Source: Tubulanus polymorphus (lineage: Eukaryota > Animalia > Nemertea). From it: a stretch of DNA of 64,000 nt. The notes beneath the pieces were generated by a model. The model was not told the DNA's origin, ran no database searches, and was given only the letters and a program-made list of their open reading frames with translations. The position numbers and the translations under genes were made by a program. The stretch spans positions 11,553,947-11,617,946 of the forward strand of contig NC_134030.1 of NCBI RefSeq assembly GCF_964204645.1. The letters run 5' to 3'. Positions within the stretch are counted from its first letter, which is position 1. Every line of letters starts with the position of its first letter. Positions 1-10,100 of the stretch are shown here, one piece after another.

Positions 1-681
1 TTTGAATTGTGCTAGCAATATTTTCATTAGTTACTGTGTCATATTCTAAACATATATTTGATAATTTATAACCCATATCTTTAACAACGCTAGATAATAC
101 AATTTCATTTACAGGAGCAAATGTTATCTCAAATATAATATCTTCTTGAATTACATATTTATATAAAGGTGCATTATTATTTATCAATTCAAAGTCTAAT
201 GGAATTTTATATTTGCTTCCATAAATCTTTTTATCAAATTATCTACAGCATTAGTTACTACTGCATTATTGGCTTCAGATCTTAATTTATTATGGTTTTC
301 CGATTGAATACCCTGAAATATCATATTATTTCTATTTTCTTTAGTTAACCATAAATCTTTATAATGCATAAATAAATTATAATCATCTAATGAGAAAACT
401 CTTTCTGGACCAATCTTTATAGTTAATTTTTTAATCAAATATCTCCAAACATTATCGACAACATAATTATTATCATGACCGGTTACTTTTATATCGGCTG
501 ATAAATAAATACTATTTGGAACATCAAAAGTATTTTGCGTTAATCTAGGAATTCTAACATATAAAGTTTCATCGGGATTAATATTTGAAGGATTATGTGT
601 AATTATATGATGTGATCTTTCTGCTTTAATAGCATTAGATATTCTAGAAATCTTAGAAGGACTTATATAACTCCCACTCAT
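1..681 (-). pseudogene. Putative major capsid protein (double jelly-roll type), N-terminal part, frameshifted, truncated by window edge
   Basis: ORF 196-681 (ITHNPSNINPDETLYVRIPRL...KKLTIKIGPERVFSLDDY) shifts frame in an A-run at ~228. It continues stop-free to base 1 as KKIYGSKYKIPLDFELINNNAPLYKYVIQEDIIFEITFAPVNEIV...YKLSNICLEYDTV. The beta-strand-rich pattern matches what I recall for invertebrate Polinton-like capsids. Confidence 0.65.
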
Positions 682-700
682 TTATTTAACAAAAAATTAA

Positions 701-2167
701 TTATTTATTTTTTATTATTTTTTCTTGATATCTTTTTGATATCATATTCACTTAGCCAAAAATAATAGCACTTACAACTGTAATTAAAAATAAAATAATA
801 TGTTCAGCAGCAAAGTTAATAATGTTTCCTGCAGATTTCAATATAAAACCAACAATTGATGCAATAATTCCTGGTAATGCTGCAGCAGATTTTTTAGATA
901 GTTCCCATAAATATTTTGCTAATTTCTTTAAACCATCTTTAACTTTATCTTGTATAGAATTATTATCATTCGGGGGTTTATCCGGTTTATTGGGAGTAGG
1001 AGTAGATTTCAAAGCATTTGATATTGCTAAACCAATTGTTGTAAATAACATAGTTACAGCTGTTAGAATTGAAAGAATTGTTATTCCTTCTAACTTAAAT
1101 AATAATTTTATTCTATCTTTTAATGATATTTCAGAATTTGGTTTTATCAATAAATCTTTAAAAATAACTTTTAATCTATTAATATTATAATCGTATGATT
1201 TTAATAATAATTTAATTTCTTCTTTCTGTACTTCTAAATTATCTTTTAAATTATTAATTTCTTTTTCTAATCGTAATTCTTTTTGCCTATACTCTATTTC
1301 ATCAATAACTTGATGATCTAAATCAGACTTTAATTGTTCTATTTCTTTATTTTTATCAGTTAATTCTTTTTCAAAAGTTCTAATTTTAAAATCTCTTATA
1401 CTTTTATCATGCGCAATTTTATCAGATGCAAGTCTTATACTTTTAATTTCTCTAATTGCTTCAACAGAAAATATATTATTTAAATCTTCTAATTCTTGAT
1501 CTGTTGCATCAATTAATCCATTCGGTAAAAGTTTTTCAATTGGAACTTTATTTGATTTAAGTTTACTAGTTTTGGAAGTTATATTCTGTTCAGAAGTTGT
1601 TTCTGTTTCTGATTTCTTTTTGATTATTTCAAATAATTCATTAATTCTTTGTTTAAATACGTCTATATCATTATCAGTTAATTCTTGTTTTATAACATCA
1701 GTTATTACATTATTATTACTAATTATTTTAATTCTATCTGGATCTAAATTACTCAAAGTTGATTTTGCTAATATTTTATTTTTATTATTTTTATGAGTGA
1801 TATCAATATAATAATCACCTTTCAAATGATAATACCATTTACCATTATTTAAAAATTTTAATTGACCTGCTAAAGGTCCAGCGTTTTCATCATTTATGTT
1901 AAATTCTGAATTTTCAATTATATGTTTTAATTTAGGTATTTTGTTTAAATTATCTAAATCTTGTTTTACTAAATCTGGGTCTAAATTTTCAGGATTCAAT
2001 TGTGATTCTGCATTTTTAATATAATCAGGCATATTTAAATTATTATTATATCCTGGCTCATTACCATCATTAAAACTTGTTTCACTAAAATCAGGTTGTT
2101 GTTCATCAGTTATACCAGTTTCATCAAAAGGATCTATTCCAATATCTTCTCCACCTTCTACATCCAT
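701..2167 (-). CDS. Acidic N-terminus, long coiled coil and C-terminal hydrophobic helices; Polinton-like element protein of unknown function
   Basis: ORF 752-2167 has a coiled coil (FEKELTDKNKEIEQLKSDL...), hydrophobic helices (GITILSILTAVTMLFTTIGLAI; ALPGIIASIVGFIL) and a Pro-rich linker. TAA at 752-754 is probably premature, because the frame stays open to a TAA at 701-703 next to the intergenic motif. Confidence 0.75.
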
Positions 2168-3486
2168 TTATATAATAAAAAAATTTAAATTTAAAATATG
2201 ATATTCCTCCTATAACAATTCCTATACAAGTTAAAGCTAATTTAGTATTTTCATGGTATTTATTATCATTATCAGTTTTAATTGTATCATGTTGAATATT
2301 ATCAGTTTTAATATTTTCTGTAGTATTGTAATCTTTTATTTTGGAATCATTATCCAATTTAATATTTTTAGTTTTAGTTTCTGTTGATTGAATATGTTTT
2401 TTATTTTTTTCACCTTCCATTAACTTTGGAGTAGTAATAATCTTTTTATTTATATCATTTAATCCAATTGAATTATTTATTGTTGCAGTTTTAATTAGAT
2501 TATTATAACCAATTATATTTCCCATCTTTAATACTAAATCATTAGAAATAATTAATAGATTAGGGCCTATACAATAATTTAGTCTTACATGAGATTTATC
2601 TAAATAATTTTGATATCTTACAATGTTTTCTGGAATCGATCTATTTTTATCATTATGAATGGAATCTTCAAATAATACTTTAAATTGTTTCAAATGAAGT
2701 ACTATTATTTCCAACTATTGGTGATCTTGTTTCAACTTGCGCACCTAAAATACATATCAAATAAGTTCTAATTGGTTGATTTATTCTTTGTATACCAGGT
2801 TTTGTAAATCCTTCACTATAAGATTCAATAAAATAAACCCAACCATTATCATTATCAATTTTATAATTATGATAAGCTGAAATTCTATGCATATAATCAA
2901 TTCTTTTTATTTCATACTCTTCACCAACGCCATGTAATCTACCATGCGCTCTAAAATCGAAATTAATATTTATATTAAATTCATTACATATTTTATAAAA
3001 CTTAGATAGATTAATATTATTATCCAATTCTTTAAAATATTTTGATCCAGGTAAAGGGCATTCTAATTCATTTAATATAATTCTAATTTGAAAACATGTG
3101 TGAAATCTAAATATTGTATGAATGAATTCTAAATCAGTATATTTTAAATTTTTATCTAAGTTATTCAAGTGTTCATGCCAACTTATACCACAATCAATTG
3201 TTGCACAATGAACAGCAAAATTTAATTGATTCTGCCAATATTTCATATTAGATTTTACTTTATATATATTATATTCATCTCGAGTAAAAGTAACTTCATA
3301 TGTATTAAATATATTTTCCATTTTAGAAATAAAATAGTTTGTTTAAGTAACATAAATTTCTAAATTAATCAATGAAGGCAAAACTACATTTTTATATATT
3401 ATCATGTTACTAAAATCTATTGCTGGAGTATTATATTTATAATATTCATGTGATTTATTATATTGGAAAGCTTTTGGAAACCCCAT
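2124..3486 (-). pseudogene. Hypothetical viral protein with C-terminal TM helix, disrupted
   Basis: ATG at 3486 (TAAATG context) is in frame with ORF 2680-3321 through a TAA at 3343-3345. A frameshift at ~2690 joins ORF 2124-2714. Motifs WQNQLNFAVHCATIDCGIS and FRFH; TM segment LALTCIGIVIGGISYF. Confidence 0.7.
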
Positions 3487-3505
3487 TTATATAATAAAAA
3501 AATTA
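3484..3505 (-). promoter_or_regulatory. Conserved viral gene-start motif TAATTTTTTTATTATATAAATG (representative copy)
   Basis: Similar 21-23 nt copies end at the ATGs at 681, 2167, 3486, 3940, 4986 and 12240. The 4383 copy has the T-run and TAAATG without the leading TAA, and the ~5796 copy is damaged. Confidence 0.7.
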
Positions 3506-3940
3506 ATAATTAACTAATTCTTTTAATAATTTATCTTGTTCTTCAACTGTTATATGACCATTTAAACTTATTATATAATCTAGTGTATTCAATATAATAG
3601 TATTTAATTTATTAATTTCTTTTATATTAGTTTTAATTTTTTCTTTATTACTTTTTATATATAATTTTGAACTTACACCAGTTAAGACACTTGAACTTAA
3701 TCCTAATACACCAATTGATATAGCTAAAGGTGTTAATGGACTGAATATTGCTAGAAATGTTATTACAGAACTAATTGTAACCGAACCACTTATAATCAAA
3801 TAATACATAATTTTACTTTTTAAATATTTTTTCTTTTTAACTTTTAAATCATTATCAAATTCTAATATTTGTTTTTCTAAATATATTTTTAATTTAGTTT
3901 TATTTATATCATGAGGAATAATATCAATATTATCTTCCAT
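3503..3940 (-). CDS. Small viral membrane protein (two hydrophobic helices flanked by basic/coiled segments)
   Basis: Intact 145-aa ORF with IMYYLIISGSVTISSVITFLAIFSPLTPLAISIGVLGLSSSVLTGV; preceded by the intergenic motif (TAGATG variant). Confidence 0.8.
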   Translation of the reverse strand: MEDNIDIIPHDINKTKLKIYLEKQILEFDNDLKVKKKKYLKSKIMYYLIISGSVTISSVITFLAIFSPLTPLAISIGVLGLSSSVLTGVSSKLYIKSNKEKIKTNIKEINKLNTIILNTLDYIISLNGHITVEEQDKLLKELVNY

Positions 3941-3960
3941 CTATTTAGAAAAAAAAATTA

Positions 3961-4383
3961 CTAATTAGTAAATTTATATGCTACAAATATAACAATAACT
4001 GTTCCGCCTAAAATCCAAATTATTTCATATTTCTGTTGTTCTTTACTTGGGGTATAATAATTTGATAAATTAGGTTTGTATAGATGTAATTTTTCTTTAT
4101 TGGTTACCGCGTTATATAAACTCATTGCATCATCGACTGATTGAAAATCTCTATGTGAAATCTTCTGATCATATAATTCCTTGTTAATATAATCCATATA
4201 GTTTTGCCTCTTTTCTCTATATTCTTCTGCTGCTTTATTATATTTCTCTAATGCTAAGTTATGTCTTTTTTGTTCTGTTAATGAACCATTTTTATCAATA
4301 TGCTTAAATAAATAACCACCACCAGTAAATGCTAAAGCGTTAACAATTGCTGATCCTATAATAGTTATAATTGCAGAAGCCAT
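3961..4383 (-). CDS. Viral protein with hydrophobic N-terminus, helical middle and C-terminal TM helix
   Basis: Intact 140-aa ORF, IIGSAIVNALAFTGGGYLF...EQKRHNLALEK...YYTPSKEQ...IIWILGGTVIVIFVAYKF; TAAATG start context. Confidence 0.85.
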   Translation of the reverse strand: MASAIITIIGSAIVNALAFTGGGYLFKHIDKNGSLTEQKRHNLALEKYNKAAEEYREKRQNYMDYINKELYDQKISHRDFQSVDDAMSLYNAVTNKEKLHLYKPNLSNYYTPSKEQQKYEIIWILGGTVIVIFVAYKFTN

Positions 4384-4407
4384 TTATTTAACAAAAAAAT
4401 AATGCAT

Positions 4408-4629
4408 TTATATGGGAGGAATATATTTTTGTTTTTCCAAATAATCAATAGTTGAATTGGATAAAGTAACTGCTAATGTTAATTTTAAGATATCATTTAT
4501 ATCAAATCTATCAACATTAACACTTCCCATTTTAAATACTTTTTTTAATACCATTGAATAACCAACAGTTCCAACTGATAGTAAGGCGCCATTATATAAT
4601 CCAGTTATTATCCACTTATTATCACTCAT
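4408..4629 (-). CDS. Small hydrophobic/amphipathic viral protein
   Basis: Intact 73-aa ORF with two hydrophobic helices, ending YLEKQKYIP; TAATAAATG start abuts the upstream stop. Confidence 0.8.
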   Translation of the reverse strand: MSDNKWIITGLYNGALLSVGTVGYSMVLKKVFKMGSVNVDRFDINDILKLTLAVTLSNSTIDYLEKQKYIPPI

Positions 4630-4632
4630 TTA

Positions 4633-4986
4633 TTAATCAAAAAAATTACTATCTTCAAAATATTTAGTTAACTTATTTATGATTAATTCAACATTTATTT
4701 CATTAGTAGTTTCATTTGTATATATTTCAATTATTATTTTTTTAATATCATTGATGATAAAATCTTCATCTAATTCATAAAATCTTAAAGATTCTCTAAT
4801 TAAATTAGTAATCTTTTCTACATTAAAAGTTTCTTTATCTATTGTTGTTTCATACTCAAATGTTGTTTCATTAGAAAATGCAATATTTTTAATACTTGTA
4901 ATTACATCATTAATGTTAAATTTCATTTCTTTCTCACGTTAAAAATCAAATCCAAAACATATACTCGGTCCAACAGTTATATTCAT
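4633..4986 (-). pseudogene. Small acidic viral protein with premature stop
   Basis: ATG at 4986 follows the conserved motif and is in frame with ORF 4633-4926 through a TAA at 4939-4941. Confidence 0.6.
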
Positions 4987-5002
4987 TTATATAATGAAAA
5001 AA

Positions 5003-5797
5003 TTACTCTCTACATCTTATAACTAATTCATATATCACAGGAAAATTATTCAAATCAATTAAATAACCATTATGATTTCTTATTTCTAATTTAAAATTAT
5101 TAAATTGAGGAATACAAGGTTTAAAATCACATTCAGCTAAATTATAATTTATTTGCGTTCCAAATTGTTTAACGTTCTTCAATGGTAAAATGTTTAATAT
5201 ACGAGAATTACAAATTGTATCTTTAGTTGCTTCAAATGTTTTTGTAGGATTAATTAAATTGCAATAAATATAAAAATGTGTGTAAAGTATTAAATTTGAT
5301 ATACCGTATATGTTTCCGAAAATAAGTTCATTTGGAAGAATTCCTAACAGTTTAGCAAAAGGTTTTTTTACCAAGTAAGCATGTTTTCTTGTAAATAAAG
5401 TAGGATTAATATTTTCATCATCAAACTTTACTTTAATTTTATTAGAGCTCTCACTTTTTATAAATTTAATATTAAATTTAGAATCACTTCCTAACACAAT
5501 CCGAGCTTTTCTATTAATTTCTTGCGCTAATGTTTCTAAATTATATAATCCTGGTGTTAGATAAAGTTGAAACCGTTTATTTCTAATTTTATCAAAAATA
5601 AAAAGGATTCTATGTTCATCAGTTTTATCTGATATATTGTAAAGTGAGTTACATAAACTTATATTTACTAATTTTAAATCTACACAATTCTTAAATTCTC
5701 TATCTAATTGGACTAGTAAATTATGTGATTTATAATTTGTAAGTTTTCTAGAATCAACATATAATATATTCTGTATTCTTTTAATTCTAACATTATT
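5003..5797 (-). CDS. Putative minor capsid protein (penton, single jelly-roll); start codon damaged
   Basis: The frame of ORF 5003-5497 is open to ~5800: NILYVDSRKLTNYKSHNLLVQLDREFKNCVDLKLVNISLCNSLYNI...LTPGLYNLETLAQEIN...FYIYCNLI...ILNILPL...LEIRNHNGYLIDLNNFPVIYELVI. This matches the YxDSR / NSxYNI / PGxY / GxxIDxN pattern of Polinton and virophage pentons. Confidence 0.75.
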   Translation of the reverse strand, partial: NNVRIKRIQNILYVDSRKLTNYKSHNLLVQLDREFKNCVDLKLVNISLCNSLYNISDKTDEHRILFIFDKIRNKRFQLYLTPGLYNLETLAQEINRKARIVLGSDSKFNIKFIKSESSNKIKVKFDDENINPTLFTRKHAYLVKKPFAKLLGILPNELIFGNIYGISNLILYTHFYIYCNLINPTKTFEATKDTICNSRILNILPLKNVKQFGTQINYNLAECDFKPCIPQFNNFKLEIRNHNGYLIDLNNFPVIYELVIRCRE

Positions 5798-5861
5798 TAT
5801 AACATAAAAAAATTACCGCTCATCACTAAAAATTAATTTTAATAAGATTTTTCCTTAATGA

Positions 5862-6911
5862 ATGGATGAGAAGATACCATGCGAAATTTGTGGTGAACTT
5901 CTAAGAAAAAGATATATGGCTCGACATATGAAAAAACATGAAGAAAATTATAAACCCCCTAAACTAAACTGCCCAAAATGTAATAAATTATTCTCAAGAA
6001 ATTATATTAAAAAACATTCAGAGAAGTGTAAAATTAATGGCGCAACGGCTAATGTTGATAGTAACGAAAGTAATAGTAATTCTGTTGAAGTTGAACCTGA
6101 AATTATTTGGAAAAGACCTTTCTTATTCTATGACAAGGATAATATAAAAGATCATTTCTGTGAGCCTTGTCTAATAAAATATAGACCTGAAAATATAGAA
6201 GATTGGGAGAATCATCAATTTCGTAAAGCACATATAGATAAAATTTCTAATAAATTTGAAACTGAATTCAATGAAAGAAAAAATAGTTTATCAGAAAAAA
6301 TAAAATATGAGAAAACGTTACCAGATAATAAAGAAACAGTTGAAAAGTTAGAAAAACAATATAATGAATTAACAAGAAAAACGTATTATTGTAAATATTG
6401 TAAATTGATTATTACAACAAGTAATTCAAATCTACATAATAAAACAATAAAACATAAAGAAAACGTAAGAAAATACCAAGAGCTTAATGAAGATCTATTA
6501 CCAATAAATTATAAACGAAAATGTCCACAATGTAGTTATGCGACCTTAAGGCAAGAAGGTACTGTGTTATTTTGTAATGAATGTGGATGGCAAAAGAATT
6601 TATGGGGTGAAGAAAAAACTAGAGATTTTCTCATAGAACCAAAATTAAATTATCTAGATGAAATTTTTAAAATATTTTCTATAGAAGATCATACACCAGA
6701 ATATAAGCAATGGCTTGAAAAAATGAAAATAATAGAAAATAAAAATGGTGCAATAACTAAAAAAGATATTATAAAAACAATTATTCCATCAACATTTAAC
6801 ACAAAACAAAAGAAAATGTATTCATATTTATTATTCAACGATTATTATGAAAAACCTAAATTAACAGAAGAAGATATGGAAAATATGAAAAAATATTCAA
6901 ACAAATATTAA
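5862..6911 (+). CDS. Multi-zinc-finger viral protein (C2H2/C2HC fingers plus C4 ribbon)
   Basis: Intact 349 aa: CEICG..HMKKH, CPKC..HSEKC, CEPC..HQFRKAH, CKYC..HNKTIKH, CPQC..CNEC. Divergently oriented from the penton gene. Confidence 0.85.
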   Translation: MDEKIPCEICGELLRKRYMARHMKKHEENYKPPKLNCPKCNKLFSRNYIKKHSEKCKINGATANVDSNESNSNSVEVEPEIIWKRPFLFYDKDNIKDHFCEPCLIKYRPENIEDWENHQFRKAHIDKISNKFETEFNERKNSLSEKIKYEKTLPDNKETVEKLEKQYNELTRKTYYCKYCKLIITTSNSNLHNKTIKHKENVRKYQELNEDLLPINYKRKCPQCSYATLRQEGTVLFCNECGWQKNLWGEEKTRDFLIEPKLNYLDEIFKIFSIEDHTPEYKQWLEKMKIIENKNGAITKKDIIKTIIPSTFNTKQKKMYSYLLFNDYYEKPKLTEEDMENMKKYSNKY

Positions 6912-7186
6912 TGTGTCATTTAGAAAATAGAATAACAGATTCAATTAATTATGAATTCTTTTTAAATAAGATTGTAAATTATTTAAACATAGATATTATA
7001 ATTCCATTTGATGAATTAACAAACAAAAAGAAACAAAGAGAGCGAGATGAAATGTGGCACAATATAACACGTTATTTAAATGAGAAAAATGAAATGGAAG
7101 AACCTAAACAAATTATACAAGAACAATTAAATGAAAAAGAAGAAACCAATAGTGATTTCGAGTTTGATGATATTGATCCATTTTAA
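6911..7186 (+). CDS. Small viral protein with acidic tail
   Basis: 91 aa. Its start overlaps the upstream stop (TAATG) and its stop overlaps the convergent pPolB stop at 7183-7186. Confidence 0.65.
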   Translation: MCHLENRITDSINYEFFLNKIVNYLNIDIIIPFDELTNKKKQRERDEMWHNITRYLNEKNEMEEPKQIIQEQLNEKEETNSDFEFDDIDPF

Positions 7187-10100
7187 TAACCATAAGGTAA
7201 TGTTTTTATACCATCATCTGAAATATGTCTTTTATCATCAAATGGATTTAAACTAGTTTTTTCAACTTCATTAATGTACATCTCGTGATCTTCTGATCTT
7301 AAACAATTCATTTTATGTTTCATTACAATTGAGTTATATAAACACTTTATATAATCTTGAAATTCTATATGTTTATCAACCACATGTTTTGTTATTCCTT
7401 TTAACTTTTTAGCTTCATGATCTTTTGTTCTATAACTATACATTTTACTTCTTATCCCAACAAATTCAATCATTTCATCACCCCCTAATTCATCTTTAAA
7501 TTTACCAGGAATCTTTTTATTATCATTGCTAAATAGTTCATGATCTTTGGTATAATTGCTAAAATCAAAATGATGCTTTAATGTTTTTAAGTCTTTTGTT
7601 ATGTCATTTGTCTTGATTTTTAGTATGTACGCATCCGTATTGAATGCAATTAATGGAAATCCACAGTTAAATGTACCATCTTCAGTTGATAAATCATAAA
7701 CATAATCTGATGGGTTATATATTTCAAATAAATCTTTAACTTCTTCAGTTAAATCTTTTTCTGTGTGGCTTAAATTAAAGCAATTTGGTTTAGATTTAAT
7801 CAATCCAATATTCATATTGAAGCCTAATGAATTACATAATATATTTAACCCTAATATAGCAACTTTTCCTTTTTGTGCAAAGGTTATCTTTTTATCCTTT
7901 GTAAATTTTTTAGCACCATCTGCTGCGTAGAATCCAATGAAGAACCATTTTCTTAAATTATTTTTTGCATTTAATACATAATCTGGTACTATCTTTTCTT
8001 TAGTTGAAGTATTACTTTTCACTATTGCATGAATATAGAATTCATCATTATATTTTATAGCAAAATCTTTAGGATTATTTACAAGTATTCTATAAACTGC
8101 TGATGATTTCATATGATCCATGATTCTAGATGTTTTATGTGAATAAACTTCTTCACAGAATTTCTTAATTCTTTCTAATAATTTTAAGTCTTGATTGCAT
8201 AAATACCAACAATATTTATTACCCCAAACATAATTATACACACCTGCTGAACCATCACCCATGAAAAATCCTTTGATAAAATATTCTTTTTCTTCTAATG
8301 TTTCGGGTTCTATATTATAAATATTATCAATAATTTCATCAAATGACATATGATTCATTCTTTGGAAAAATCTTTTATGTAATAATTCATCTCCAATTTT
8401 TATATCAGTTGGTTTTATTTCATCGCCATTTCGTTTAATTAAACTACGATCTTCTGTAACATCTACAAATCCTAATTTAGTTCTAACTCTATAGATTTTC
8501 TTATTTGTTTAAAACCTAATAATATTCTTTAATTTTTTCCATCCATTTCTTGTCCAAACATCCATTAAATCATTTATTTGTATTAATTCTTTTTCACCAT
8601 ATGAAATATAACATTCATTTTGTTTTGGAATTATTTCTGAAATTCTTCTTATCAATATTCTATCATAACATTTTAATAATATTGGGGTGTCAGCTGTTAC
8701 AGAATCAAAATATAATATTTCAATATGCTTTTCCCCAAAAAGTGGTTGTAAAACATTATAATAAAAATCATACATTAATAATTTTGATACTTCTAAAACA
8801 GTTGAACCAATGAATATAGGTTTATTAAATTTCATTGACGTTCTTTTTAATTTAACTGCTGTTAAATAATCTTCAAATCTTTTATTTCCTAAATGTCTAG
8901 GACTTGATTGTAAATGTCTTAATCTTTCAGAATTATTTACTAATTCAATATCATTTCTATTTCTAATATTTTCACATGTTTTACCATAAAAACTATTATT
9001 CATTAATTTGAAGAAATCTTTTTCAAAATCTGTTTTTGATATGGTTCTCTGTTGAGTATTGAAATCTATATATTTTTCTAACCACTTCGATTGATTAAAT
9101 TCAATATATCTATGTACTTTCTTTAATTTTATACCTTGTTTTAGATAAAATTTTAACATTCTATAATGAACAATATAATTGTATTTATTATTTTGAGTAT
9201 TAATTTTTCTGTAAAAACATGATCTTTCGGTTTTATTTACTTCTGGTATTCACTTAAATAACTATCATCTACAGTTAAATGTTCTGGGCAATAAGGTAAG
9301 TTTCTTGTTTTAAACTTTATATTTTCAGGATATTCTAAATCAACTACAAAGAAATAACCAATTGGTGCATCATCTTTTAAACTCATAATTGCGCTTTCCC
9401 AATCAGTTTTATCATCATTTTCAACTTCTGTTAATATAAAATTTTTATATGGTTGAGGTTGCATCATTGCCCAACCATATAAATTATTGGCGTCAATATA
9501 TAATAATTTATATTCATCATTTGCTTTAAAATACCTATCTCCCATAACACCACTAATTCGACCTCTAATTGATTTTTCAAATAATATAACCATATCTGGT
9601 TCTTTTAATAAATCTAATTCTACATTTGTATATTTTAAACCACATTGCCAGGTTAAACCAGGACTAGAGTAGCAATAACAAGGATCAACATTAAAATGAT
9701 TCAAATTAACTTCTCTAAATTTTTCAAATATGTCAGCTAATATCATAACATCTGATTTTAAATATAAATCAACTAATTCACCATGATTTTTCATCTTAAA
9801 ATGGTTCCAAATATTTAATGTTCTATTAAACACTTCATCTTTCACACTCTTTTAATTGATCATAAAATTGATCTTTTAATAATTCTGTTACATTAAAATC
9901 ATTGTGTGTTTTATAAAATGAATAAGGAATTGCACCTTTATATCTCAATAATTTAAAATCTTGTTCATTTGGATAATAATATCGAGTTATAACAAAATCA
10001 TTATCAACTAAACTTTTTGATAAATTATCTAATGAACTTGCTAGAAATCTATAAGAATCTAAAAATCTAATGCAACCAAATTGAAATGAAATATAATTTT

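Noticed and set aside
822-1796. Plus-strand ORFs 822-1190 and 1572-1796 (also 8550-8813, 9487-9672)
   Set aside because: Antisense shadows of real minus-strand viral genes, with no motifs.
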